Source of the DNA: Eledone cirrhosa
Taxonomy: Eukaryota
Length of the DNA stretch: 64,000 bases
Direction of reading: 5' to 3'
Assembly (NCBI GenBank): GCA_964016885.1
Contig: OZ024740.1
Span: forward strand, 360,530,001-360,594,000
In this document: one piece after another, positions 37,788-50,328 of the stretch
How the letters are laid out: each line of letters starts with the position of its first letter
Position numbering within the stretch: position 1 is the first letter of the stretch
Position numbers and translations under genes: made by a program
Notes under the pieces: model-generated
The model's input: the letters and a program-made list of their open reading frames with translations, nothing else
The model's database searches: none
What the model was told of the DNA's origin: nothing

Positions 37788-38844
37788 CGACCCTTTAAGG
37801 TGCCTACATTCAAGGTACCAAATCTGAAGTTTTGGATTGCGTTTGGGGGGTTGGAAAGGTGGGGAGTGGGGGGAGATGGGGTTATGTTAGCCATCCGCGG
37901 CCGAAACAAAGAGGCATGCTCGCATTTTCGTCCTCGAGGTGTGATTGTCTTTAACTTTGGCATTGTCGCTGAGCGTCCAGATTTTTCTCTCTTCAACTCT
38001 CCGGAACTCCGTAGTCCTTCCATCCTACATATCGAAGGCGACCAGGTAAACGATAGTATAGGCCTCTGGCTTATGATTGGTCCACGTAATAATAATGGTG
38101 GTGTGTGGGGGCGGGAGGGAGGGGTGTTGAGTTGTGAGAGAGAAGATAGGTTTTAAGTGAGAACCCCGTATTAACGAACAAAAATACAAGATTTGTTTAG
38201 TAAATATACGACAAAAACTCCGTATTTTTACAATCATGACAGAAATACAAGAGATTTGTTTTGGAAAATACATGGGGAATGGAAAGAGGATAGAAAAAAT
38301 GCTGTTGGAAGGGCTGACTACGGAGTTAGGCGTATGTTAGAAGAGGTGGAAAAATGAGTACATTACATTTTAACCATGAATGGATGAAGTTACAGCCACA
38401 AGTTTGGCGAAAGTGAATTACTTTGTCTTATATATGTATCTGGGTTGGGTAGAGAGAGAGAGAGAGAGGGGTGGGTGGTGGTGGTGGTGATTTGACCGCA
38501 TGTTGTAGAGTGTGGTGGATGGGAAGGAGATATTAAGGAGCAGGAATAAGAGTTTGAAATAGTAACATATATTGAAATATTGTTAAGAGTTTGAAGTAAC
38601 AAATATATTTAAAATATTTGTATATGAGAAGATAGGTTTTAAGTGAGAACCCCGTATTAACGAACAAAAATACAAGATTTGTTTAGTAAATATACTACAA
38701 AAACTCCGTATTTTTACAATCATGACAGAAATACAAGAGATTTGTTTTGGAAAATACATGGGGAATGGAAAGAGGATAGAAAAAATGCTGTTGGAAGGGC
38801 TGACTACGGAGTTAGGCGTATGTTAGAAGAGGTGGAAAAATGAG
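37788..38844 (-). mobile_element. Inverted 5' end (5'UTR + ORF start) of RTE family A
   Basis: Minus strand [32 protein letters not shown] from 38023. ~220-bp direct repeats 38140-38359 / 38626-38845. Confidence 0.85.
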
Positions 38845-41800
38845 TTTCGGCCGCGGATGGCTAACATAACCCCATCTCCCCCCGCTCCCCACCTTTCCAA
38901 CCCCCCAAACGCAATCCAAAACTTCAGATTTGGTACCTTGAATGTAGGCACCTTAAAGGGTCGCTCTAACGAGGTTGTAGAAATGCTTGAACGTAAGGAG
39001 GTCGATGTTTGTTGTATCCAAGAGACCAGGTGGAGGGGTGGATCTGCTAGATACATTGTGGGTAGAAAACGATGCTATAAGCTTTTCTGGGTGGGAAACG
39101 ACAATGGGCTGGGTGGAGTAGGAATCATGGTAGCAGAAAAGTGGGCAGATAAGATAATAGATGTAAATAGAGTGAACGACAGAATAATTAAAATAAGACT
39201 TGTCCTCAATAGAACTACGGTGACAGTAATATCCGCGTACGCACCCCAATCCGGACTGCTCAGCACTATAAAAGACAGATTCTATGAGACACTGATGCTC
39301 ACTACCTCCCAAATAACCGACAGTGACTATATAATTATTGCAGGCGACCTAAACGGTCACGTTGGACAACATTGTGACGGCTACGACGAAATCCATGGAG
39401 GCTATGGGTTTGGTACTAGAAATGAGGAAGGCTCCAGAATCCTGGAATTCTGCGACGCAAATAACCTAACTATCTGCAACACTAACTTCAAAAAACGAGA
39501 CAATCACTTGATCACCTACAGATCAGGGGAACATACTAGCCAGGTAGATTATATCCTTACCAGAAGACGTGACAAAGTGACTGTCGTAAACACTAAATCC
39601 CTCCCCCATGAAGAATGCACTTCCCAACATAGACTGATAATTAGTGACCTAATAGTCAGGACGAGACGTACTAGACAACAGAAGAGGACTATCCTCAGGA
39701 GAAAAATATGGAAGCTAAAGGACCCCACAGCCAAAAATAAATTCCAAAGCATATTACTTGATGCTTTCGACAGTGAGGAAGAGCAATTAGAGACGTACAA
39801 GGTAGAGGAACAATGGGAATTCCTGAAAGCAAACCTGCTGACGGCGGCAGACGAAGTCTGTGGCTGGAGCAGGCCTGTAGACAGGAGGAGAGTAACATGG
39901 TGGTGGAACAGTAAGGTGGAGGGGTCAATTAAGGCCAAAAAGCAGGCTTGGAAAGTATGGCGGGATGGGGGAAGCAGAGAAGACTATCAAGTGGCCAGGG
40001 GGGAAGCTAGGAGACAAGTGTACTTCGCAAGAAGGGAAGCAGAGGAAAGAAAGTTCAAGCATGTTCTATAGTCACTGTCAGTTATTTGGGAGGTAGTGAG
40101 CATCAGTGTCTCATAGAATCTGTCTTTTATAGTGCCGAGCAGTCCGGATTGGGGTGCGTACGCGGATATTACTGTCACCGTAGTTCTATTGAGGACAAGT
40201 CTTATTTTAATTATTCTGTCGTTCACTCTATTTACATATATTACGCGATGACCAAAAACGTGAGGTGTTCAGGATTGCTAGGCAATGTGTCAAGGAAAAC
40301 AGTGATATTGTCGGGGAGAAGTGTGTACTTAACGATGACGGCATACTTGCCATCACCGACGCCGATAAGAAGGTAGCTTGGAAGTGTCACTATGAAAGGC
40401 TACTAAATGAGGAGAATAAATGGGAGAAAGACAGTCTCCCCCACATCGACCCAATTGAGGGACCAGCAGTGTTAGTCGAGGGTAGTATAATAAGTAAGGC
40501 AATCAAAGATATGAAGACAGGCAAGGCGGCTGGGCCTTCGGAAATAGTTGCCGAGATGCTGAAGGCATCTGGTACGGTGGGACACACCATGGTCACCCGG
40601 ATAGTCAACCAAGTCATACAGAATGGGGTTGTTCCGAAGGACTGGCGCAGCAGCATTATCGTTAACTGTTATAAGGGTAAAGGAGATGCCCTAGATAGGA
40701 GTAACTATAGAGGCATTAAATTAATCGACCAGGTCATGAAGGTCACGGAAAAAGTTATAGCGCAACTAATCAGAGAGCGAATTGATCTAGATGAAATGCA
40801 GTTCGGGTTTGTGTCAGGAAAAAGTACCACAGACGCTCTTTTCATTGTACGACAACTACAGGAGAAGTACCTAGCTAAAAGTAAACCCCTATACTTAGCT
40901 TTCGTCAACTTGGAGAAGGCCTTCGACAGAGTCCCCCGTTCCATTATCTGGTGGGCTCTTAGAAAACTAGGTGTTGATGAATGGCTTGTGAGAGCTATAC
41001 AAGCCATGTATAAAGAAACAGTTAGCAAGGTTAGAATTAACAACGAATATAGTGAAGAGTTTAGTGTAAAAGTTGGTGTACATCAGGGCTCTGTTCTTAG
41101 CCCCCTACTATTTATTATTGCCCTCCAGGCTATAACAGTGGAGTTCAAGACCGGCTGCCCATGGGAACTCCTATACGCAGATGATCTAACGCTCATAGCT
41201 GAATCAATGGCCGAGCTAGAGAAGAAATTCCAAACATGGAAGCACGGCCTAGAATCAAAAGGCCTTAAAATTAACCTAGCTAAGACTAAAGTTCTAGTTT
41301 GTAAGAAAGAAAATAAGGCGGCGGTCCCCTCCGGGAAGTGGCCATGCGCAGAGTGTAGGAAAGGCGTAGGTAGAAATTCCATTTTGTGTCCCAAATGCAA
41401 AGTTTGGGTGCATAAAACATGTAGCGGGATCACAGGTAAGCTAACTAAGAACATAGATTTTACATGTGGCCGGTGTTCTGGGGATATAAGTAGCAGCAAG
41501 TGCCCACAAAATACTAGCTCTTTCAACTGCGCAGAGGGTTCTATAGAAATAGTGGACAGCTTCCGTTACCTGGGTGACAAAATCAGCAGTGGGGGAGGGT
41601 GCTCTGAAAGTACAGTAGCTAGAGTCAGAACTGGGTGGAAAAAGTTCAGAGAGCTTATACCACTATTAGCCGCTAAAGGGTTCTCCCTAAAAATGAAAGG
41701 CAGGCTGTATGATGCCTGCATACGAACAGCAATGTTGCATGGCAGTGAGACCTGGGCATTGTGTGCAGAGGATATACGCAGACTAGAGAGAAACGAAGCT

Positions 41801-42498
41801 TGCATGCTCCGCTGGATGTGTAATAGTAATATACGTGAACGACAAAGCATAAACGAACTAAGGAAAAAATTAGAAATAAGAGGGATCAGATGTTGTTTAC
41901 TAGAGAGAAGGCTACGTTGGTATGGTCACGTGATGCGCATGAAGGATGATAGCTGTATAACAAAGTGCAGGGCAATAAAGATAGACGGTAGCCACGGAAT
42001 AGGCAGACCCAGAAAAACCTGGGACGAGCTGATAAACTCCGACCTCACACACTTACACCTCACCAAGACAATGTCACTGGACCGAGACCTTTGGCGGTAC
42101 TCAGTAATAGAGAAGACCCGCCTTGCCAGTAGGCATCTCTAACAAAATACACCCCGTCCCACCACCACCACCACCCCCACCCCATCCACACCACCCCGTT
42201 CTATGTAAAGTTATGTTGGTGCCGCGCCATCCAGGCCGAAACAAATGAGATCGTGTAGGTGTCACGACAAAAAAACACACAGTCCACGCTGTAATGTGGC
42301 CGTGTAGGCAACACGGTAAAAACCTTCCAGACCCACACTGTAAATGTGGTTGGTGTTAGGAAGGGCATCCAACTGTAGAAAACCTGCCAGACAGTCCTAT
42401 GCGAGCAAGAAAATCACTCTTGCCTCAAGTGGGACTACCCCCGTCCAAACCCATGCAAGCGTGGAACACGGACGTTAAACGTTGATGATGATGATGAT
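38845..42498 (+). mobile_element. RTE LINE family A copy disrupted by an inverted self-insertion (40069-40242)
   Basis: ORFs 38857-40071 and 40265-42142 are colinear with the 5500-9034 copy. RT Asp->Asn (AFVNLEK). (GAT)n tail. Confidence 0.95.
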
Positions 42499-43324
42499 AC
42501 AAATATAAATTTAGCGAGAATCGCATTTCGGCGTAGAAATTGGTGAAACGCAACTTCTGTATTGTGCAGACAAGCGCTCCGTAGATGTGAAGATACCAGA
42601 GCTATAAACATAAGTTAAAATGGTCATACAAACTGAGACGATGGTTAAGAAGCCATTAACCACCTTAGCCAAAAAAGCAAAAAAGCTAAACGGGTCAAAC
42701 AAAATAAGATATGATTGAAATATATATATATAAAGAGAGAGAGAGGTGGGTACTAGGCATTGTTATCTCTAGAAGAAAGTAAATTCAATTCATACGTAAA
42801 ATGTAGATTTTTAGAGTGAAAATTAAAGGTACAATTTGCTCACAATGACTGACCAGTTTCATCTCTGTGGAGACAGGCTGAAAATTCAAATTCCCAACAG
42901 TGTTGAAATTGGTCACCCTGGGGCATACATACACACATGTATACTTAAGCATATGTGCACATTGTCACATATACTATACATTGATTTGACAATCTTATAC
43001 ATTAACATATCAAATGTGTCACGCCACTATGAAATGGTAAGCTATTTGCTGTGTTGCAGAGTGCAGATAAAATCAATAGTGCCAATGCACACCAGGAATT
43101 GGTAAATATATGCATAAGCAGCAGGCAGCAATAATTTCATTAGTTTTATAGACATTAGCATTTCAACTGAAGTTAAAATGACATCGCTGCATTCTCTATT
43201 TTTACATATCCAGGTTTTTATCTCTATCCTTCTCCACAATAAGTCTATATGTTAAGTGTGCATATATCTATGCATATAATCAAGTATGCATGCATAATAT
43301 CTGTGTGTGTGTGTATAAATCACA

Positions 43325-43510
43325 GTAAGGAGAGAAATACACATAAGTGTATGTCTCAGATTGTGGTTTTATATCCCCTATAATCGGACAATTATATTTA
43401 TTTGTATTTCTCTCCCTACTATGATTTATAAAGAGCTCAGAATTTGTTCCTTGAGCTTATTGGATTGTAGGGAATTATGTCGAGTTTTTAACCCATCATC
43501 TTAATTTGCT
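43325..43510 (+). mobile_element. Degenerate short fold-back element
   Basis: GTAAGGAGAGAAATACACATAA is inverted to TTATTTGTATTTCTCTCCCTAC. Tail with a GAGCTCAG..TTGAGCTT hairpin, then (TA)n. Confidence 0.5.
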
Positions 43511-43521
43511 ATATATATATG

Positions 43522-43947
43522 AAGGCACATGGCTTAGTGGTTAGAGCATTGGGTTTGCAATCGAAAGGTTGTGAGTTCAATTCTCGGACCGGGTGAGCAA
43601 GACACTTTATTTCACATTGCTCCAGTTTACTCAGCTGTAGAAATGAGATGATAGGACTAGAGTCCCTATCATTCCACTGCAAAGTGGTCGTGGAGGTGCC
43701 ACAGCAAAAAAAGCACCCAGCCCACACTGTAAAGCGGACGTGTAGGCCCCACGGAAAAAAAGCACCCAGCACTCACTGTAAATGGGGTTGGTGTTAGGAA
43801 GGACATCCAGCTGTAAAAATCAAGCCAGAATCAGTTCCCGTATGAGCAAGATAAGGTCAGCCGACTGGACACTGCCTACAACAGGACAACCCGTCTAACC
43901 CATGCTAGCGGGGAAGAACGGACATAAAACGGTGTTGCTGATGATGA
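43522..43947 (+). mobile_element. Full tRNA-derived SINE with RTE-B 3' tail
   Basis: A box TGGCTTAGTGG, B box GAGTTCAATTC, central GAGCAAGACACT core. 43673-43947 matches the family B 3'UTR. Confidence 0.85.
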
Positions 43948-44995
43948 TATATGAGTAGTGCAACAGTAAGGGCGAGTTCATGGGTTATCTTTTGGTAACA
44001 GCTATCTTCACCTGAAAGAGAATGTGTGAGCACTTGACCACCGAGGGGTTCTTTTACAATGCTAGGTTAGCCATTCCACTACCATGTGCAGCACTAACAT
44101 GGTTAGTGTGACTCCTGTATAAGCAATTATTGTTTATATCATAGTTTGTGCTTGTCATTTTTTTATGCTGAAGTTTTCTTGGTGGATGCTGTTCCTATCT
44201 CCAAATACAATAACATGGATTGGGTACATTCTACTGTGCTGCCAGCACTAGAAAAGTTGTTTGTAGGGACTTAATCTTCTCTACCCTGTATCAGTTTTAA
44301 TTCAGACAGAGTGACTGCTCTCCTAGACAGGCTATCTTCCAATCAACTTGCAAAATCTGCATCTACCCTATACAGTTTATTTGCAGTTACAACCCATCAT
44401 AGATGAGTTGCCTTCTTTGCAGCTTATGGAGCTTGTATTTGCCCCAAAGATGGTTTATGGTAACAGGTGAGCAGATCACAGAGATAAATGACTTGTACAT
44501 AAATTTACATTTATTCATAAATTCTCCACAAAGTTGATAATAGTTAACTACAAAACATGATTAAGAGAGAGATCTTAACTTTACTTTAGTGTCAAAGGAA
44601 ATACCAGTATACCAAACTATACTGTACATTATATACACACTCCTTACTTTCTCTTGTTCATGGATCATTTCGTATCTGGCCTAATTATTATACTTCCTTT
44701 CGTAAATATAGATATGGGAATGTGTCTGTTTGTGCGTGTGTGTGAAAAGAGCTATGATTAATGATTACATCTAAATTTTTATGTCATTTTTATAAGTCCT
44801 TGTTTTTTGAGTTTTTTTTTTTGACATATTGCTATGAATGTGTATGTTTGTATGTATATAGGTACATTATAAGTTTATTCATTCATTTTCTTCCAATGTT
44901 TCATTTCTGTATATACACAGAAGAGTCTTAGTGAACACTTGTTTTGCTGATACATTGAAGCTACGCTGTAAGAAAATTAAATAAACGTATATATA

Positions 44996-47900
44996 AGGGT
45001 AAATGCAAGAATCATTAAACTCAGACTAGTCCTGAATAAAACAATTACCACAATATTATCAGCTTACGCACCCCAATCGGGGTTGCCAGACGAACTTAAG
45101 GATAGATTTTACGAGTCCCTAATGCACACTACTGCTCTAACAAACGACAATGACTTCCTAATCATCGTAGGAGATTTTAACGAACACGTAGGTAAACACT
45201 GTGACGGCTTCAAAAGAGTCCATGGAGGCCACGGGGTTGGCACAAGAAATGAAGAAGGATTCAGACTTCTAGAATTCTGCGACGCCAATGACATGTCGAT
45301 ATGTAACACAAACTTCAAAAAACCCGACAACCACCTGATCACCTATAGATCAGGGGAGCATTCTAGTCAGATAGATTTTATCCTCATCAGAGGACGTGAC
45401 AGATGGACGGTCGTAAACACAAAAGCCTTCCCTAGTGAGGAATGTACCTCCCAACATAGCTTAGTTGTCAGCGACCTCACGGTCAGAACTAGACGTACCT
45501 GGAAACAGAGGCCAACCTGGAGAAGAAAGATCTGGAAGCTGAAAGACCCCTCAGCCAGTAACAGATTTAAAGGTATTTTACTCAACGCCTATGACAGTAA
45601 AGAAGAACAGATATAGACATTCAATGTAGAAGAGCACTGGGAGTTCCTAAAAAATATCTTACTAGAGGCGACGGATGAGGTCTGTGGCTGGAATAAGACC
45701 ACAAGCAGGAGGAGAGTGACTTGGTGGTGGAACAATAAGGTAGATGAGGCAGTTAAGGCCAAGAGACAGGCATGGAAAGAATGGAAGAACGGGGGGAGCA
45801 GGGTACATTACATAGAGACCAAGAGGGAAGCTAGGCGACAAGTATACTTAGCTAGGAGGGAAGCAGAGGATAGAAAATTCAAGCATGTTTTGCAACGTGA
45901 GGACCAGAAACAGGAGGTGTTCAAGATTGTGAGGCAGTGTGTCAGAGAGAATTGTGATGTCATTGGAGAGAAGTGTATCCGGAATGATAAAGGTGAGCTT
46001 GCCCTCACAAGTGCTGAGAAGAAAGATGCATGGAAGAGTCATTATGATAGATTACTAAATGAGGAGAATGCATGGGAAGAAGAGACCCTTCCCCAAGTAG
46101 ACCCTATAGAGGGGCCAGCAGTACAAGTCAGCAGCAGCATAGTAAGTAAGGCAATCAAAGATATGAAGATGGGGAAGGCAACCGGTCCATCGGGTATAGC
46201 TGCCGAGATGCTGAAGGCATCTGGGTCTGTAGGTCACACTATAACCACACGTATTGTTAACCAGGTAATACTAGAAGGTGTCATACCAAAAGATTGGTGC
46301 AGTAGCATCATTGTCAACTGCTACAAAGGTAAAGGTGATGCACTCGATAGAGGAAACTATAGAGGTATAAAGCTGATGGACCAGGTCATGAAAGTAACAG
46401 AAAGAGTTATAGCACAGTTGATTCGGGACCAGGTGAAACTAGATGAGATGCAATTTGGGTTTGTACCAGGAAGAGGCACCACTGATGCCCTCTTCCTTGT
46501 GAGGCAGTTACAGGAAAAGTACCTAGCTAAAAGTAAGCCACTCTACCTGGCATTCGTCAATCTCGAGAAAGCCTTTGACAGAGTTCCACGTACTGTAATC
46601 TGGTGGGCTCTTAGAAAACTAGGAGTAGATGAATGGCTTGTGAAAGCTGTACCAGCCATGTATAGGGGAGCAGTCAGCAAAGTTAGGATTAGCAATGAGT
46701 ATAGCGAGGAATTTAGCGTACAGGTTGGGGTCCACCAGGGCTCTGTTCTTAGCCTTCTCCTGTTCATCATAGTCCTGCAGGCAATAAGGGAGGAGTTTAA
46801 GACCGGATGCCCATGGGAACTCCTGTATGCTGATGACCTCGCACTTATAGCTGAATCTATGGTAGAACTAGAGAAGAAATTCCAAACTTGGAAGCAGGGA
46901 CTAGAAAGAAAGGGTCTCAAAGTCAACCTGACAAAGAGTAAGGTCCTTGTAAGTAGACGAGAAAACAGAACCCAGATCCCCTCAGAGAAATGGCCTTGCT
47001 CAGTATGTAGGAAAGGTGTAGGTAGGAACTCCATTCTCTGCCCTAAATGCAAACAATGGGTACACAAGAGATGTAGCGGGATCTCAGGAAGCTTAATTAA
47101 GAATGTAGGCTTCACATGCAGCAGCTGTACTGGGACAGCAAGCAGCAAACAGCCACAGGAAACAAGTACCACCAATCTCTGGGAGGCTCTGTAGAGACAG
47201 TAGACAGCTTCTGCTACCTAGGTGACCGAATTAGCAGCGGAGGTGGGTGTTCAGAAAGTACAATAACTAGGGTAAGAACGGGATGGAAGAAGTTCAGGGA
47301 ACTACTGGCACTGCTAGCTGGAAAAGGCTTCTCCCTCAAAATGAAAGGCAGACTGTATGATGCGTGTATCCAAACAGCAATGTTACATGGTAGTGAGACC
47401 TGGGCGCTGAAGGTGGAAGACTTACGTAGATTAGAGAGAATCGAAGCCTGCATGCTCCGATGGATGTGTAATAGTAATATACGCGAACGACAAAGCATAA
47501 ATGAATTGAGAGAGAGACTGAGCATAAGAGGAATCAAATGCTGTGTGCAGGAGAGGCGGTTGCGTTGGTATGGACATGTGATGCATATGAAGGATGACAG
47601 CTGCATAAAAAGGTGCAGAGCACTAGAAGTCGATGGAAACCACGGAGTGGGGAGACCCAAGATGACCTGGGATGAGGTGATAAAAGCCGACCTTACCCAA
47701 TTACACCTCTCAAAGGCGATGACACACGACCGTGACCTCTGGCGTTACGCAGTAATACAGAGTACCCAACCTCCCATGGGTACAAGCTGAAGCATATAGA
47801 CAATATGCCCCCACACCCTCCCACTGCAAGGTGGTCGTGGAGGTGCCACGGCAAAAAAGCACCCAGCATTCACTGTAAATGGGGTTGGTGTTAGGAAGGG

Positions 47901-48047
47901 CATCCAGCTGTAGAAATCAAGCCAAATCAGTCCCTGTATGAGCAAGGCATGGTCAGCCGACCAGACACTGCCCACAACAGTACAACCCGTCTAACCCATG
48001 CTAGCATGGATGAACGGACGTAAAACGGTGATGATGATGATGATGAT
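44996..48047 (+). mobile_element. RTE LINE family B, 5'-truncated, pseudogenised
   Basis: Stop at 45614-45616, frameshift ~47183, RT Asp->Asn. (GAT)n tail. Confidence 0.95.
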
Positions 48048-49257
48048 ATGGTCTGTTGTAAATAATTCTCCTTTGTGGACTAGTAAGATCATTAGATCAG
48101 AATCCATAATAGATATATATATATATATATATAGTAAGACAGGGAGTAGGAAATATCTGAGAGAAAGGTTTAACAGGAGGAGTTACTAAAACATGCAATA
48201 TGAATGGCCCTAAAAAATTGCATCACAGCTATAAGGTCCTGGGTTCAATCTCACTGCATGGCATCTTGGGTAAGTCTCAGTTTAACCTAAGACTTGTGAA
48301 TGAAATTGGGTGGACAGAAACTGTTTAGAAGCTTATCAGATAGATTTTACCTGTAATTCAGGTTGAATTTTCTTGAGAATTACATTAAGAGAACGTGTGT
48401 CTGTGGAATGCTAAGCCACTTGCACATGAGTTTTATGAGCAGGCTGTCCTGTTGATTGAACAACTGGAACACTGTTTGTCTTAACCAATGGAAGTCTATT
48501 TAGTCTGTTTTCCATACTTGCATGTGTTGGATAAGTTGTCACGTTCTGAGACAAGACCATTTCATGCTCATAGGTTTCATTTTGGCCCCATATTAGCATG
48601 GAAGATAGACGCTAATCGATGATGGTAATGGTTTCTATGTCTGAATCGCTCTAAATACTTAATTATTTGCAAATCTAGTTAAAAATCATTTCTTTAGAAA
48701 TATAGTAATGAAACGGTTAATGCCACATGAAATTAGTATGCACTCTGGTCTGATGAGCTTCTTGGTCAGTAATTCTCAAACTGATGGCACATGGCTCCCA
48801 GGGAAGAACTGTGGAGGATTGTTAGTCAGAGGAGGAATCTTAAGTTCATATCAAATGAAATACCAATATATCAAACTATAAGGGCAATCAGGAATTAACA
48901 GTTCACAAAAATACTCAAAAGTAATTTGCTTTTATAAATTGCTTTAATAATTAACTGGGGCCTTGCCAGAAGTATGGGGCCTGTGGTGTCACATGAAAAG
49001 AAGGGCATTCAGTGACAGCGTTGTTTCTTCAACTGCGTGGGTCTTTTTCTCGCTCATATGGCATACAGTGTGGACATGTCTGTGGGTGACTTCTAGGTAG
49101 ACCCATTGATTTCTGATCAGAGCCTGTGTAGGTAGAGTTTTCACAGATTTCTGCCAATAAGAGTGAAGGACCAACAAGTTAAGGGAATTTATGTTTCTAA
49201 TTTCACAAGTAGAATTGTGAAAAAATTACCAGATGACAATTGAAAATGGGAAATAAA

Positions 49258-49465
49258 TTTAGGAAACCTGGGATCACAAGGAGATTAATAGTGAAACTTG
49301 GGATCACAAAGGGAGGAAAAATTACAGAACCTGGGATTGCAAGAGGAGGAATTGAAGATACATGGGATCATTAGGGGATGAATTGTGGAACCTGGATTCA
49401 CAAAGGGGATGAATTGAGTAAATTGGGATCACAAGGGGAGGAATTGAAGAAACCTGGATCTCAAG
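49258..49465. repeat. Degenerate ~30-bp minisatellite, ~7 copies
   Basis: Recurring GAAACCTGGGATCACAAGGGGAGGAATTG-like unit. Confidence 0.7.
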
Positions 49466-49592
49466 ACAGATTTTAAATTTGACTTTCCCACATTCCTTTT
49501 AGAAAGAGTGTGAGGTGTAGTTGACTCTGTCAGGATTTTTACTTTACCAAATATAATGACAAACTTGAATGAGTCAATATCTTTTGTTGCAG

Positions 49593-49691
49593 CTACTGAG
49601 AAACTTGCACAACAGTATGGGATTGGTGAACCAACTATGTCATTGATTGTTACAGGACTTACACAGACAAGTAATTATGACATCAGAGAAG
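49593..49691 (+). CDS. SRBD1: SRBD1 penultimate coding exon (99 bp, phase 1-1)
   Basis: TTTTGTTGCAG acceptor, AG|GTAAT donor. TEKLAQQYGIGEPTMSLIVTGLTQTSNYDIRE resembles the Tex/SRBD1 segment preceding S1 and joins in frame to the next exon. Confidence 0.82.
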
Positions 49692-49796
49692 GTAATGTTC
49701 AATTGTATATTCTGAATTATCCATCCATCTCTCTCTTTTATATATATATCCTGTTCTTTCACTGTCTCTCTCTTTATATATATATATATAAATTAG

Positions 49797-50177
49797 ATGT
49801 GCTTACGTCATATTTGATTAATAGAATTAGTTTGTTAGTTGGGATTTTTAAAAACACTCTGAATGGAGAGAAGGATGAGTATTGACATACATTTATATAC
49901 ATATATATATATACCTGCTATGGTTACATAGCTTCTAATTGAATGGAAGGAGGCATGGGTGGTGCGTTGGTGTAATGGTAACACATTGGTCTGGCAAACC
50001 AAAGATGTCAATACTCATCCTTTTTTACATTTAGGTTTTTTTTTTTAAATCCCAACTAACCGACTAATTCTATTTAGTCAAATACGGTGTAAGCACATGT
50101 TACTACCTAATTTTCAAATTCACTAGCCATTTCTAAACAAAGCCTGCTTTGTGTCTCCCTATTTATATACTTATATA
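49797..50177 (+). mobile_element. Old fold-back element with a tRNA-like half in the loop
   Basis: Imperfect arms ~49797-49887 / 50004-50098, tail to (TA)n. Loop contains TGGTGTAATGGTAACAC-A-TTGGT ctggcaa ACCAA. Confidence 0.55.
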
Positions 50178-50183
50178 TGCAGA

Positions 50184-50255
<72 letters not shown>

Positions 50256-50328
50256 TAAAAGTAAATATGCATACGTACACATATATGTATCACCTGTAAT
50301 AGAGCGAGAAATAAAATTCTTATTTTAT

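Noticed and set aside
43522-43592. Functional tRNA gene
   Set aside because: Acceptor stem is not paired and the sequence continues into a SINE core and LINE tail.
44423-44466. Possible small exon (TTTGCAG..CAG|GTGAG); also RFLS-like reading at ~43214
   Set aside because: No convincing similarity to SRBD1 and no compatible phase.
44875-44940. Degenerate minus-strand hammerhead-like hairpin
   Set aside because: The core reads CTAAGA and the cleavage triplet and stem I do not fit.
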